Program-made: the position numbers and the translations under genes
Source: Dehalococcoidia bacterium
GTDB lineage: Bacteria; Chloroflexota; Dehalococcoidia; Lucifugimonadales; UBA3495
Direction of reading: 5' to 3'
NCBI GenBank assembly: GCA_022450395.1
Contig: JAKUQE010000015.1
Location: 377 to 64,376 of the forward strand
DNA length: 64,000 bases
Shown here: in pieces, positions 49,672 to 59,504 of the stretch
Layout of the letters: the number at the start of each line of letters is the position of its first letter
Position numbering within the stretch: position 1 is the stretch's first letter
The notes under the pieces: model-generated
Told to the model about the DNA's origin: nothing
Seen by the model: the letters and a program-made list of their open reading frames with translations, nothing else
The model's database searches: none

Positions 49672-50065
49672 AGAGGCGCTGACACTACGGGCATTGGATC
49701 GGAGTGGCATCGATAGTCAAGTGGTGGTCGCTCGAGATGGGGCCGAAGCCCTGGATTTCTTATTCGGGACCGGAGTATATGCCGGGCGCGACACGACCAT
49801 CATGCCCACCGTGACCTTCCTCGACTTGAGACTGCCCAAGATAGACGGTCTGGAAGTGTTGCGGCGGATGCGGGCTGATGAGCGCACCAAGTTGCTTCCC
49901 GTGGTGACTCTATCTTCTTCCGACGAGAAACATGACATCACCACTAGCTATGAATCCAAGGCTAACAGCTACATCCGTAAGCCCGTTAGCTTTATCGAGT
50001 TCACCGAGACGGTGCGGCGATTGGGCCAATACTGGATGGAGTTGAATGTGCCGCCTGGGATTTAG
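49622..50065 (+). CDS. Single-domain response regulator (Rcp1-like)
   Basis: LLVEDN, LDLRLPKIDG, ANSYIRKP. Confidence 0.92.
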   Translation: MEVEGKLILLVEDNPDEEALTLRALDRSGIDSQVVVARDGAEALDFLFGTGVYAGRDTTIMPTVTFLDLRLPKIDGLEVLRRMRADERTKLLPVVTLSSSDEKHDITTSYESKANSYIRKPVSFIEFTETVRRLGQYWMELNVPPGI

Positions 50066-50077
50066 AGGAAGGTACGT

Positions 50078-51624
50078 ATGAGCAAACCTATTCGCGTTTG
50101 GATCATCGAGGATTCCGAAGACGACGCATTCTTCCTGCTGCGGGAGATCCGGAGTGGCGGTTACGACACATCTCATATTCGGGTCGATACCCCGGAGGCC
50201 ATGAAGTCGGCGTTGTCTGAAGATAGCTGGGACATCGTCCTGATCGACCACGTTATGCCCCTATTCAGCGGACCGGCCGCGCTGGATTTGCTGAAAGAGA
50301 CGGGGCTGGGCTTGCCCGCGATCATAGTGTCCGGCGTGATCGGAGAGGATGCGGCAGTCGACGCCATGAGGGCCGGCGCTAGAGACTACATCCTCAAGGA
50401 TCGGCTGAACCGCTTGGTGCCGGCCATCGATCGCGAGCTGGGAGAGTCGCGGCGGCGAAAAGATGCCAAGGCGATGCAAGAGCAACTGTTCCAGTCTCAA
50501 AAAATGGAAACCGTTGGACGACTGGCCGGCGGTATAGCCCACGACTTTAACAACATGCTTACGGCAATCTTGGGTTATACCTACTCGGGGATCAGGGACT
50601 TACCTGAAGGGGACCATCGCCGCTTATATTTCGAAGAGATCCAGAAGGCCGCTGAACGGGCTGCCAACCTAACGCAACAACTCCTGGCATTCTCCCGGCG
50701 GCAGATCATAGAGCCTAAGATTGTCGATCTAAACCGGCTCGTGGTAGATACCAGCACGATGATTCGCAGCGTGATCGGTGAAGGGATCGAGTTGGTCACG
50801 TTGCTTGAGCCCGATCTTTACAACGTTAAAGTGGATTCAGGCCAAATGGCAAGGGTGCTGATAAACCTGGCACCAACGCTCGGGACGCTATGCCCCAGGG
50901 CGGCAAGCTCACCGTGGAGACCAACAAAGTGACCGTAGGCCAGGGCGCCAACGAACCCGGCAGCTCGGTTGCCCCCGGAGACTATACCGTGCTCACGATT
51001 TCCGATAACGGAGTGGGCATTTCGCCGGAGGATAAAGAACATCTTTTTGAGCCCTTTTTCACTACCAAGGAAGTTGGGAAGGGGACGGGATTAGGCTTGG
51101 CGACATGCTTCGGCATCGTTGAGCAAAACGGCGGGCGCATCGAGGTTGATAGCGACCTGGACCGGGGCACTACATTTAGGATTCACTTACCCCGGGTGTC
51201 AGATGAAGAGCCGCCTGTTCCCGTCGCGGATGACCCTGTCGACCTCCATCGTGGAACGGAGACGGTATTAATAGTGGAAGATGAGCCCTTGGTGCGCAAC
51301 ATGGTGGTCCGTATCCTGTTCGAGCAGGGATACCGGGTGCTGGAAGCTTCCAATGGAGAAGAGGCGCTAAGGGTGGTCAAAAGCCATGCCGGAGAACATA
51401 TCCATCTGCTGCTCACCGACTTGGTGATGCCCCAGATGGGTGGTAAAGAACTGGCCGAGGAGCTTAAAACCTTGCGGCCCAACACCAAAGTGCTGCTAAC
51501 TTCCGGGTACAGCAACGATCTTGTTTTTCAAAACGGTGAATTGGGCGACAATGTTTCATTCATACAAAAACCGTTCATGCCGGCGGACCTGGTAGCCAAA
51601 GTTCAGGAAGTATTGGGAGCGTGA
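50078..51624 (+). pseudogene. Hybrid REC-histidine kinase-REC with frameshift near 50870
   Basis: GRLAGGIAHDFNN; the N-box INLA(T)NARDAMP is restored by adding one base; FEPFFTTKEVGKGTGLGL; C-terminal REC. Confidence 0.8.
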
Positions 51625-51637
51625 TTCTTCGCGGGGG

Positions 51638-51683
51638 AGACCGCAAACGCCCCGGCAGTACATCGCCGGGGCGTTTGCGGTCT
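51638..51683. terminator. 19-bp perfect hairpin between convergent genes
   Basis: AGACCGCAAACGCCCCGGC-agtacatc-GCCGGGGCGTTTGCGGTCT. Confidence 0.7.
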
Positions 51684-51709
51684 TGTTGGCGGGACTGATG
51701 CCTAGTCAG

Positions 51710-52633
51710 CTATTTGGCATACTTCCCTGAGATCTGCGGCGTGGTTCCTTCCAAGCCTTGATCGGCCCGGTCCAGCCGGGTGTCCCTGGCCCACGTCCGC
51801 TTCAGGTCGTCTTTGACGTTGAAGTGGAGGGTGCCCAGACCCTCAACCTCCAAGTCGATCTTGTCCCCGTCCATAAACGCGCTCAACCCGCGGTGGTTGG
51901 TGCCGGTGGCAACCACGTCACCGGGTTCCAAGGTGTGGATCGACGATACCCACTCCATTATTCTGGGGATCTTGTGGGCCATGTCGCTGGTATTGAAGTT
52001 TTGCTTGAGCTCTTCATTGACCCACAGCCGGATCTGTAGATTGTCTACGTCCGAGATCTCGTCGGCGGTGACGATTACCGGTCCCATGGGGGCGAAGGTT
52101 TCCCGGGATTTCATCTGATAGAAGGTGTTCCCGGGGGGCAGCAGTCCACGAGCCGAACCGTCGATGAAGTTCACGTAGCCGAAGATGTGGTCGAAGGCGT
52201 CTTCGGGCTTCACGTTGGACGCCCTCTTGCCGATCACCAGAGCCATTTCCGCTTCACCCTCGAAGATCGTGGCCGGAACATCCGGTAGGACCATGGTGTC
52301 CCCGGGGCCGATGACGGCGTTGGGAAACTTCTGGAAAGCGTTGATGGGAGCGGGTTCGGCCCTGGTCCCGTCCTCCATATAGTTGACGGCCATGGCTACT
52401 ATGTTGGGGTGGGGCAGTGGCGACCTGATCCTGACCGAATTTAATGGCACCCCACTGCCACTGTTGATGGCCGCTTCCAATCCAGCTTTGTGCTGTGAGA
52501 AGTTCTCAATCACCTTGTTGAGCAGGTCCTGGGGCGAAGTATGCTGGATCCCACTGACGGCCCCGGTCAGATCAACAACCGTGTCGCCCTTGAGAGCGCC
52601 AAATTTAAAGTCGTCGTAAAAAAGCAGTTTCAT
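51710..52633 (-). CDS. Fumarylacetoacetate hydrolase family protein
   Basis: AVNY, EGEAEMA, DGSAR, FAPMGP, LEPGDVVATGT. Confidence 0.9.
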   Translation of the reverse strand: MKLLFYDDFKFGALKGDTVVDLTGAVSGIQHTSPQDLLNKVIENFSQHKAGLEAAINSGSGVPLNSVRIRSPLPHPNIVAMAVNYMEDGTRAEPAPINAFQKFPNAVIGPGDTMVLPDVPATIFEGEAEMALVIGKRASNVKPEDAFDHIFGYVNFIDGSARGLLPPGNTFYQMKSRETFAPMGPVIVTADEISDVDNLQIRLWVNEELKQNFNTSDMAHKIPRIMEWVSSIHTLEPGDVVATGTNHRGLSAFMDGDKIDLEVEGLGTLHFNVKDDLKRTWARDTRLDRADQGLEGTTPQISGKYAK

Positions 52634-52788
52634 GTTTCCTCCAAAAATTATCGATAGCTGGCAATGCCGGAGATGCGCTTCATCGTTGTTTTGAACCAAA
52701 ACATGATAACCACTCCGTTCATGGCTATCAAGTTTTTACAGAAATGCTCGCCCTTATCCTGAACGGATACAGGCGCGATCAGGGACGG

Positions 52789-53676
52789 TTATTCCTCTGG
52801 GGCGCCCCCGGCCAACCGGCGCAATATGTCGAACAGAATAACGAAGTCTTTATCGGCAAGGCCCATGCCTTGAGCGGCGTTGAGAAATTGATCGGTTACG
52901 GCGGTGGTCGGAAGAGGGACGCCCAATTCACCACCGGCTTCCAGGGCCAGCCGCAGGTCTTTTTGTATCATATTGACGTCGAAGAGCGGTTCTTCGGGCA
53001 TGTTAAGCACCATGGGAAAGCGGTACTTCAACGCCGGGGAAGCGACCACGCTGTTCAACAGAACCGTGGTGGCCAACTCCCGGGAGATGCCCATCTTCTC
53101 TGCCAGCAGGAGGCTCTCGCTGAAGGCGAGAATCTGCACCGGCAGGTTCAGGTTGACCGCCACCTTCATCATCGCGGCCAATCCGTTATCGCCGACATAA
53201 TCAACGGTCGGCCCGATGTCCTGCAGTATGGGTTTGATCTCCTCCAAGGCGTCTTGGTCCCCACCGACCATGAAGGAAAGCTGTCCGGCTTTCAAAGTGA
53301 TCAGGCTTCCGGACACGGGGGCGTCGAACATCTTGGCCCCGGCGGCGGCCGCTTGAGCCGCGATCTGCTTGCTGGCGGCGGGACTGACGGTGCTCATGTC
53401 GATGTAGAACTTCCCCGGACCCAAGCCCGCCAGCAGACCGTCTGGGCCGCCGGTCACGGCGCGCAGCGCCTCGGTATCCCTCACCATGCTCAGGATAACG
53501 TCGGACGATTGGGCCACGGCCCGTGGCGTTTCCCCCCAAGCCATCCCCAAGTCCAGCAGCCACTGGGCCCTGGATCTGGTCCGGTTGTAGCCGGTAACCG
53601 AATGCCCGGCTTCCAGCAGCCGCCGGGCCATCTCTCCTCCCATGGAGCCCAGACCGACAAATCCGAGATTAGCCAT
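52789..53676 (-). CDS. NAD(P)-dependent beta-hydroxyacid dehydrogenase
   Basis: GFVGLGSMG, DMST, DAPVSG, K..VN, KDL. Confidence 0.92.
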   Translation of the reverse strand: MANLGFVGLGSMGGEMARRLLEAGHSVTGYNRTRSRAQWLLDLGMAWGETPRAVAQSSDVILSMVRDTEALRAVTGGPDGLLAGLGPGKFYIDMSTVSPAASKQIAAQAAAAGAKMFDAPVSGSLITLKAGQLSFMVGGDQDALEEIKPILQDIGPTVDYVGDNGLAAMMKVAVNLNLPVQILAFSESLLLAEKMGISRELATTVLLNSVVASPALKYRFPMVLNMPEEPLFDVNMIQKDLRLALEAGGELGVPLPTTAVTDQFLNAAQGMGLADKDFVILFDILRRLAGGAPEE

Positions 53677-53701
53677 TTTCTGCCCTCTTGCTAGGGATGC
53701 T

Positions 53702-55033
53702 TTAGGGATGGGCGCCGGCGATACCCGCCGGGATGCCGGAGGATGGCCGGTTCAGGTGGGACTGGGATTCCCGTTCCGTGGGCAACGGTCCCGACGCGGT
53801 GAAATAGCGGAGCCCGGCTACCATCAACTCTTCGGCCGGGAACCGGGTAATGACTTCGACCCCGTCCTTGGTTACAACGACCTCCTCCTCGATGCGGGCC
53901 GCCGACCGGCCATCGGAAGCGGGCCAGAAAGTCTCCAAGGCGATAACCATGCCTTCTTGTATCTCTTGAGGGTGTTCCAAGGAGAATAGCCGGCTGAAGA
54001 TGGGGGTCTCCCAGATGGATAGGCCCACGCCGTGGCCGTATTGAAGGGCGAAGGCCGCCTCCTCGTTGGCGAACCCGAACTCCTCGGCCTTGGGCCAATG
54101 CATGGCGATGTCTCTGGTGGTGACGCCGGGCTTCATCCGGTCTATCGATTGGTCCAGGATCTCCCGGCAACGCTTGTAGGCGTCCTTTTGAGCGCTGGAC
54201 GCGGACCCGATGGCCAGGGTCCGGTAGTAGCAGGTCCGGTAGCCCATGTAGCTGTGCAAGATGTCGAAGTACACCTGGTCACCAGGACGAAGGATTCGGT
54301 CGCTGTAGTTGTGCGGGTGGGGGTTGGTACGTTCTCCGGAGATCGCGTTAACGCCCTCCACATGCTCCGAGCCAAGCTCGTAAAGCACCTTGTTCACCAG
54401 GGCTACCCCGTCGTTCTCCCGGACACCGGCCCGCAGGTACATGTACAGCTCGTCGTAGGCCGCGTCGACCATGGCGCAGGCCGTGTTCAGCAAAACAATC
54501 TCGTCCGGGGTCTTGACCTTGCGGGCCAGGAGCATCAACTGCTGCCCGTCCACCACGTTAAGGCCTTCCCGTTGCAGAGCGAACAGAACCACCGGCTCCA
54601 CCACATCCACCCCGATCGGTTCGTTCTGAAGCCCTCTTTGCTCCAATTCGACCCGCACCTTCTTCGCCACGTCCTCGGCCAGACCGGCTTCGGGAGGCGT
54701 TGCTCCTCGCAAGGTGGAGATGCCGGCCCGGGACCGGTCGCCCAACCAAGGGCAGTAAAGCTGGTGGTGCCGGGCCGCCGAGCCAAAGTCCCATAGGATT
54801 GGTTCGTCGTCCTGGGGCAACAGAGCGAACCGCACCAGTTTGTCCTGGGCCCAGGTGCCGATGATGGTGGCGGTCAGGTACCGTATGTTGTTCATGTCGA
54901 AGGTCAGCAAAGCCCCAAGCTCGGACTCTTTGAGCAAACCTTTTATACGAGACAAACGCTCGGTGCGCAGCCGCTCGAAGTTCACCCGTTCTTCCCAGTC
55001 GACGTTCATGGTGCCAAAGCTCTTTAGCGCCAT
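53702..55033 (-). CDS. M24 family (Xaa-Pro peptidase/creatinase-like) protein
   Basis: NIRYLT, RKVKTPDEI, FDI...GYRTC..RT, GHGVGL, LET, RIEE. Confidence 0.88.
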   Translation of the reverse strand: MALKSFGTMNVDWEERVNFERLRTERLSRIKGLLKESELGALLTFDMNNIRYLTATIIGTWAQDKLVRFALLPQDDEPILWDFGSAARHHQLYCPWLGDRSRAGISTLRGATPPEAGLAEDVAKKVRVELEQRGLQNEPIGVDVVEPVVLFALQREGLNVVDGQQLMLLARKVKTPDEIVLLNTACAMVDAAYDELYMYLRAGVRENDGVALVNKVLYELGSEHVEGVNAISGERTNPHPHNYSDRILRPGDQVYFDILHSYMGYRTCYYRTLAIGSASSAQKDAYKRCREILDQSIDRMKPGVTTRDIAMHWPKAEEFGFANEEAAFALQYGHGVGLSIWETPIFSRLFSLEHPQEIQEGMVIALETFWPASDGRSAARIEEEVVVTKDGVEVITRFPAEELMVAGLRYFTASGPLPTERESQSHLNRPSSGIPAGIAGAHP

Positions 55034-55130
55034 GGGATACCTCCATCGTTGCCGGCCATGCCGATGCCGTCCTTGCCAATGACGGCTGGTCAGGCTCGGC
55101 TTGACCGGCTAGCTAGATCCAGGGTAACCC

Positions 55131-55655
55131 TTACCGGGTTGGGGCCGGGTAGTCGTCCATGTTGAAGGGGCTGCCGTTCAGGTTGACGGTGTCGTGGAAC
55201 AGTTTGGGGTCGGCAATCGTCTGCCTAACGTAGCAGCCGTTCCTAGCGTTTCTTAGAAGACCGGCCACCTCTGCCGGAGTGTTGGAGGACTCTATCTCAT
55301 AGTGGATCTCTATCTTGTCCGCCCGGGCTTGGACCGTTTGGGCCAGCACCGAGCCCTCGGATGCCACGTGCAGAGCGATGGTAGCTGTTACGTTGGTGAC
55401 TTCGACCTTCATCATTTGAGCGTACCGCTCAATCTGGGTCATCTCTCAAAATAAGATGGATGAGGCGAAGTAGGCCAAGGGCGACGGCGCGGAGTTATCC
55501 CCCATGGGCTCCCGTTCGGCGCAGTTGATGGTGAAGCCGCGGATCTCCGCTTGTTTATTTTGGTGCTCCAGGATCCGGGCGCTGCCCTCCATGGAGAAGG
55601 ACCTAGAGATGATGTCCGCGGACGCGGGCTGGGAGGAAGGAGCCGGAGTAGTCAT
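55131..55655 (-). CDS. OsmC/Ohr-family protein, probable selenoprotein (in-frame UGA; 174 aa with readthrough)
   Basis: GDNSAPSPLAYFASSILF-TGA(55446-55448)-EMTQIERYA...ARNGCYVRQT. The two track ORFs are in frame and the TGA sits at the first conserved Cys. Confidence 0.85.
55416..55432 (-). promoter_or_regulatory. Candidate bacterial SECIS hairpin
   Basis: TTGAGC-GGTAC-GCTCAA starting 13 nt after the UGA, with a G-initiated loop and a possible lower GACC/GGTC stem. Confidence 0.65.
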
Positions 55656-55788
55656 GACTGCCTCCAGATAGGATTAGATTTCGGGAAGTATAGCACGGGG
55701 GTTTCCTTGAAATGCGTCTGCCAAAATTGGGTTACGACGCTCTGGTGCCCAGGGAGTCCTGGGTCGAATCCAGCGCGCCTAAAGCTAA

Positions 55789-56835
55789 CTAGACGCCCGG
55801 CATCACTTCGGACATAAAGAGCCCGAGGGAATAGGATGCTTCGTCGTGGCTGAGGTCGCCCCACTGGACTGATGAAACTAAGTAATTGCAATTGCTTTGG
55901 GCGGTGTATCTCTCTACGAATTCTTTGACGGTGGCGGGTGATCCTACGATCAACTGCTCACCAGCGATGGCTTGGTCGAAGTCTGGGTCCCAAGGATAGG
56001 CGCCAACGTGGTGTATCGGTCCGAACGTTTCCGGCCTCCGCCACGCCCCACCTGGTAACGGTTTTCTGAAGTTGGCACGATAGACTTCATACGCCGAACG
56101 TGCTCGCCGCATCGCCTCTTCGTCGGTGTCGGCCAGGTATATCCGCTTGGTGCCGCCGTAAAGGGGTTCAGTTGGCTGGAGCGCGTCGGAGCCATTTTCA
56201 TCGACATACTTTTGATAGTTTTCCTTGAAGGTCTCCACGGTCGCTGGGAGGCTCTCGATGGTGCCAAAGTTGATGAAATTCGCGCCGTATCTGCCGGCGG
56301 TTGCCGGGTTTCCGGCATACCAGAATGGGGGATGCGGTTTCTGCTTGGGCTTGAGTTCCATCCAAAGGTCTTTGAACTGGTAGTACTTGCCCGAAAAGTT
56401 GATGAATTCTTGGGTCAAGCCTTGCTTGAGAATCTCGAAGGTCTCCTCGAAGCGCCCCGTCACCTCGGCGGGGTCACCGCCCCACATGGCGAACTCTTCG
56501 CCGATGGGAGCGCCCTTGCCGATGCCGATCTGATAGCGGCCCCCGCTCAGGTTATCCAGCATGCAGATTTCTTCTATCAGGCGGATGGGGTGATACATGG
56601 GCAATACGTATACGAGAGGGCCGAAGTTGATGCGCTCAGTGCGGGCCGCGACGGCCGATAGGTAGATCCCCTGACTTGGAGTCGCGGAAAGCGGGGAGTG
56701 GTGGTGTTCCGCCACGTGGTAGCCATATATGCCACCCTTATCGGCTTGGACAATCAGTTCAAGACGATCTGCGTATTGCCGGTCTAACGAAACATCTTCA
56801 AGCCGCTCTACGTGATCGAAGATACCGAATTTCAT
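55789..56835 (-). CDS. LLM-class flavin-dependent monooxygenase
   Basis: MKFGIFDH, AEHH, EEICMLDNLSGGR, PKQKPHPP. Confidence 0.9.
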   Translation of the reverse strand: MKFGIFDHVERLEDVSLDRQYADRLELIVQADKGGIYGYHVAEHHHSPLSATPSQGIYLSAVAARTERINFGPLVYVLPMYHPIRLIEEICMLDNLSGGRYQIGIGKGAPIGEEFAMWGGDPAEVTGRFEETFEILKQGLTQEFINFSGKYYQFKDLWMELKPKQKPHPPFWYAGNPATAGRYGANFINFGTIESLPATVETFKENYQKYVDENGSDALQPTEPLYGGTKRIYLADTDEEAMRRARSAYEVYRANFRKPLPGGAWRRPETFGPIHHVGAYPWDPDFDQAIAGEQLIVGSPATVKEFVERYTAQSNCNYLVSSVQWGDLSHDEASYSLGLFMSEVMPGV

Positions 56836-56978
56836 GAACGGCCTCCAAAGGTAGTGGGTTAACCAGGCGTGGTGGAAATAGTTCTAGGATTGTAAACCTA
56901 AATGAGAGGGCGGGGTTAGGAGGGTATTGGATGGGAAGGCGCTTGCCCGGTGGGAACGGGGGCATGGGGAGTGTGGTG

Positions 56979-57012
56979 GAAATCCCCCCAACCCCCCTTT
57001 ACGAAAGGGGGT
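56979..57012. repeat. Short REP-like palindrome (AAATCCCCCCAACCCCCCTTTACGAAAGGGGG)
   Basis: CCCCCTTT-acg-AAAGGGGG hairpin in an intergenic region. Confidence 0.5.
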
Positions 57013-57036
57013 TAGCGGAGGTGCCGTGGTTTATTT

Positions 57037-57567
57037 TTAGCCGGCTTGGCCTACGGGGAGTTTGGCGCCTTGGAAGGGGCCTTCGCTCTCTTCGAATGAC
57101 TTGGAGTAGGCCAGGATCTCTTCGTCGGTTTGGGTGTCTAGCTCGATGGGGCGGCCGAAGCCCTGTTTAACGACATAGCCGGTCTTGTAATAGACCTCGC
57201 CGACGTTGTTTTCCGGGTCGTGGTAATAGATGCTGACCGAGATTCCGTGAGTGACGGTCCGGAGAATCTCAGTGCCCTCGGCCTTGAACCTGCGGTTGAA
57301 CTCCCGCAAGGCGGCCATGTCTTCCACGATGAAGGAAACCTGCCCCACGTTTTGGGTGCGGGGGCGGGCGCCGTCCGGGTGGTCCGGGCCTCTGGATTGA
57401 CCAAGGTTCAACTCGTGATGCTCGGTGTCCGGGTGGGCGCTGAGGAAACAACTGCCCCGCTCCGGGTCTTCATCAGTGACCGTTAGACCAATGACGCGGG
57501 AGTAGAAGTCCCGCATTTTCAAGAAGTCGTCGCAAATTATGCCTAGATGTCCAAGACCTGTGACCAT
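57037..57567 (-). CDS. VOC family protein
   Basis: GLGHLG, EHHEL, VTHG, DPENN. Confidence 0.87.
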   Translation of the reverse strand: MVTGLGHLGIICDDFLKMRDFYSRVIGLTVTDEDPERGSCFLSAHPDTEHHELNLGQSRGPDHPDGARPRTQNVGQVSFIVEDMAALREFNRRFKAEGTEILRTVTHGISVSIYYHDPENNVGEVYYKTGYVVKQGFGRPIELDTQTDEEILAYSKSFEESEGPFQGAKLPVGQAG

Positions 57568-57626
57568 GTTACCTTCCTCCTGCTTGCTCGCTTTTTGAGA
57601 TTGATTGGCGCTACGTGGGCTGATGG

Positions 57627-58205
57627 CTACGAAGACTGCTCCATCGTCCGAACCGTGCCACGGTGGTACCTTTCCGCCGTGGTTTCCGGGTCCCAATCGT
57701 CGGGCACCCCGGTTGCCCAGGGAGGCACCGGGTCGTCAAAGGTGAAGATGAAGTCCCGGTCGCCACGGCCCCGCCTAAACAACTCCCGGGCCGTCGGATA
57801 CTCGTAGTAAATCTCCAGCCGGTTGCCGTCGGGGTCGGCGAAGTAGATGCTCCGCTGATTGGCGTGCTCGATCATTCGGTCGACGGTCACGCTGTGGGAG
57901 ACCAGGTGGTCGTGGGCCGCCTTGAGATCGTCGTGGGTATCGACTTTAATCGCGATGTGGGCGTACCCGACGCCGTTCCGGTCCGGAGGGGGTGAAGCGG
58001 TTTGGGGGTCTTCTACCTGGACCAGGTCAAAGGTATGTCCGTCGTTATGGTCGTCGTGGCCGAGACTCATGAACACGTCGTTGCCGTGTTCGGGGTCTTC
58101 CTCCGCGATTTTGAACCCCATGACCTCGGTATAGAACTTCTTGGCTCGCTGCAAGTCCCGGACCCGGAGCGCCACGTGACCAATCCTGGATAGTCGAATC
58201 GGCAT
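57627..58205 (-). CDS. VOC family protein (catechol 2,3-dioxygenase-like)
   Basis: IGHVALRVRDL, GYAHIA, SIYFADPDGNRLEI. Confidence 0.88.
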   Translation of the reverse strand: MPIRLSRIGHVALRVRDLQRAKKFYTEVMGFKIAEEDPEHGNDVFMSLGHDDHNDGHTFDLVQVEDPQTASPPPDRNGVGYAHIAIKVDTHDDLKAAHDHLVSHSVTVDRMIEHANQRSIYFADPDGNRLEIYYEYPTARELFRRGRGDRDFIFTFDDPVPPWATGVPDDWDPETTAERYHRGTVRTMEQSS

Positions 58206-58256
58206 AAGATCCTCCCCATCTGTGGGAATCGAGAGCATGATTCTTGGTGGACAACG

Positions 58257-58338
58257 CCCCCCCATCCTAACCTTCCCCCGCAAGGGGCGAAGGGACAAGC
58301 TCTCTCCCCCTTTATGGGGGAGAGTTGGAGTGGGGGTG
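58257..58338. repeat. REP-like palindrome family A (reverse orientation)
   Basis: CCCCCATCCTAACCTTCCCCC...GGGGGAGAGTTGGAGTGGGGGTG. Confidence 0.8.
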
Positions 58339-58377
58339 TTCCGTTGCCTGTAGGTTAATCGCGAACCACCAGGCAGA

Positions 58378-59235
58378 CTAGCCGTTGAGGTTGGGGGTAG
58401 GCTCGGCGGGCATGCCTCCAGCCTGCATCTCCAGGGCCCTCTTTTCAATAGCGGGCATCATAGAGTCGAGCAGGTCCTGGTCGAGGTCGGCGGCGACGCC
58501 GGGGTATCCGGCCCGTTCAATCATGGCCGCTAGTTTTCTGCTCTTGAACTGACCCAATGTCCACTTGAGGGAATCAGGAACCAGGGTTTTGTCGAAGAAG
58601 ATCCGGTGATTCTTGTTCCTGGGTCCATAGTGGTAATGGGGAGCGTCGCGGAAGCAGTCAAACGCCAGCAATTCGGTTTCTTCCATGAAATGACGGCCCG
58701 GGGTGCCGGCCAGGTCGGCCAAAACGTGGATCGCCAAACCTCCGTCGCCGCTGGTCTGCCGGCGCATCTCCAGGCCGAATCGAATGTTGCCTACTTCGAA
58801 TATATCGGTGCCGCGGTTGTGCTTAACCGTATTTCTGCCGGTCATGTACAATTCGCGGGCCGTGGATTCAACGTCACCCAGGACTTGTTCCACCTGCTTC
58901 GTGTCCACCTCTTTGGCGATCTCCTCGTATCCGGCCGTCTCCAACATGATGGACAGATTGTTCCGGATCTGCTGGATAGTCCAGTTGATGGGGTTGCCAT
59001 CGGTGGTGTGGTCCATCCGGAACTTTTTATTCTCTTTATCAGGACCGTATATATAGCTCTTTTCAATGTCGAAACAGTTGAACCGCAACAGCGTCGTTTC
59101 GTCGTCCTGTTTCGCTACTAAAACTGCGATTCCTTGGTCCGAGTGATCCTGAACGTTGCCGTCCCACAGCTCGTGCTGAACGATGAACGTCACTGGTCCG
59201 GCTTCAAACTTGACCCTGCCCTTTTGTTGCACCAT
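58378..59235 (-). CDS. Hypothetical protein with two tandem homologous domains
   Basis: LLRFNCF...YIYGP...WT..Q....L..M.E.AGY vs LLAFDCF...HYHYGP...WT..Q...L..M.E.AGY; GGAGG RBS. Confidence 0.8.
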   Translation of the reverse strand: MVQQKGRVKFEAGPVTFIVQHELWDGNVQDHSDQGIAVLVAKQDDETTLLRFNCFDIEKSYIYGPDKENKKFRMDHTTDGNPINWTIQQIRNNLSIMLETAGYEEIAKEVDTKQVEQVLGDVESTARELYMTGRNTVKHNRGTDIFEVGNIRFGLEMRRQTSGDGGLAIHVLADLAGTPGRHFMEETELLAFDCFRDAPHYHYGPRNKNHRIFFDKTLVPDSLKWTLGQFKSRKLAAMIERAGYPGVAADLDQDLLDSMMPAIEKRALEMQAGGMPAEPTPNLNG

Positions 59236-59504
59236 CGCTATACCTCCGGCAAATTTATGTGTTTTGGGGTAATGGTACTTGTCGGTTAAAACGCACCGGC
59301 CGCCCACTCCCGTGCCTGGGAGTACGTGCTTCAGACGGCCCCGGCGAATATTGGACGGATTATATCACGCCGCTCGAACTCACTGAACCCATTTTGTCTC
59401 CCTTGACACCAAAGTTCCGGAGGATTAGGCTCCTGGCATCGGAACCGGCACTACATAATATGTATCCGATCCAGGCGGCAAAATCCCAACTTTGGAGTTG
59501 AACC

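Noticed and set aside
333..58338. CRISPR array or integron attC array
   Set aside because: Repeats are dispersed, variable and in mixed orientation, with no regular spacers, cas genes or integrase.
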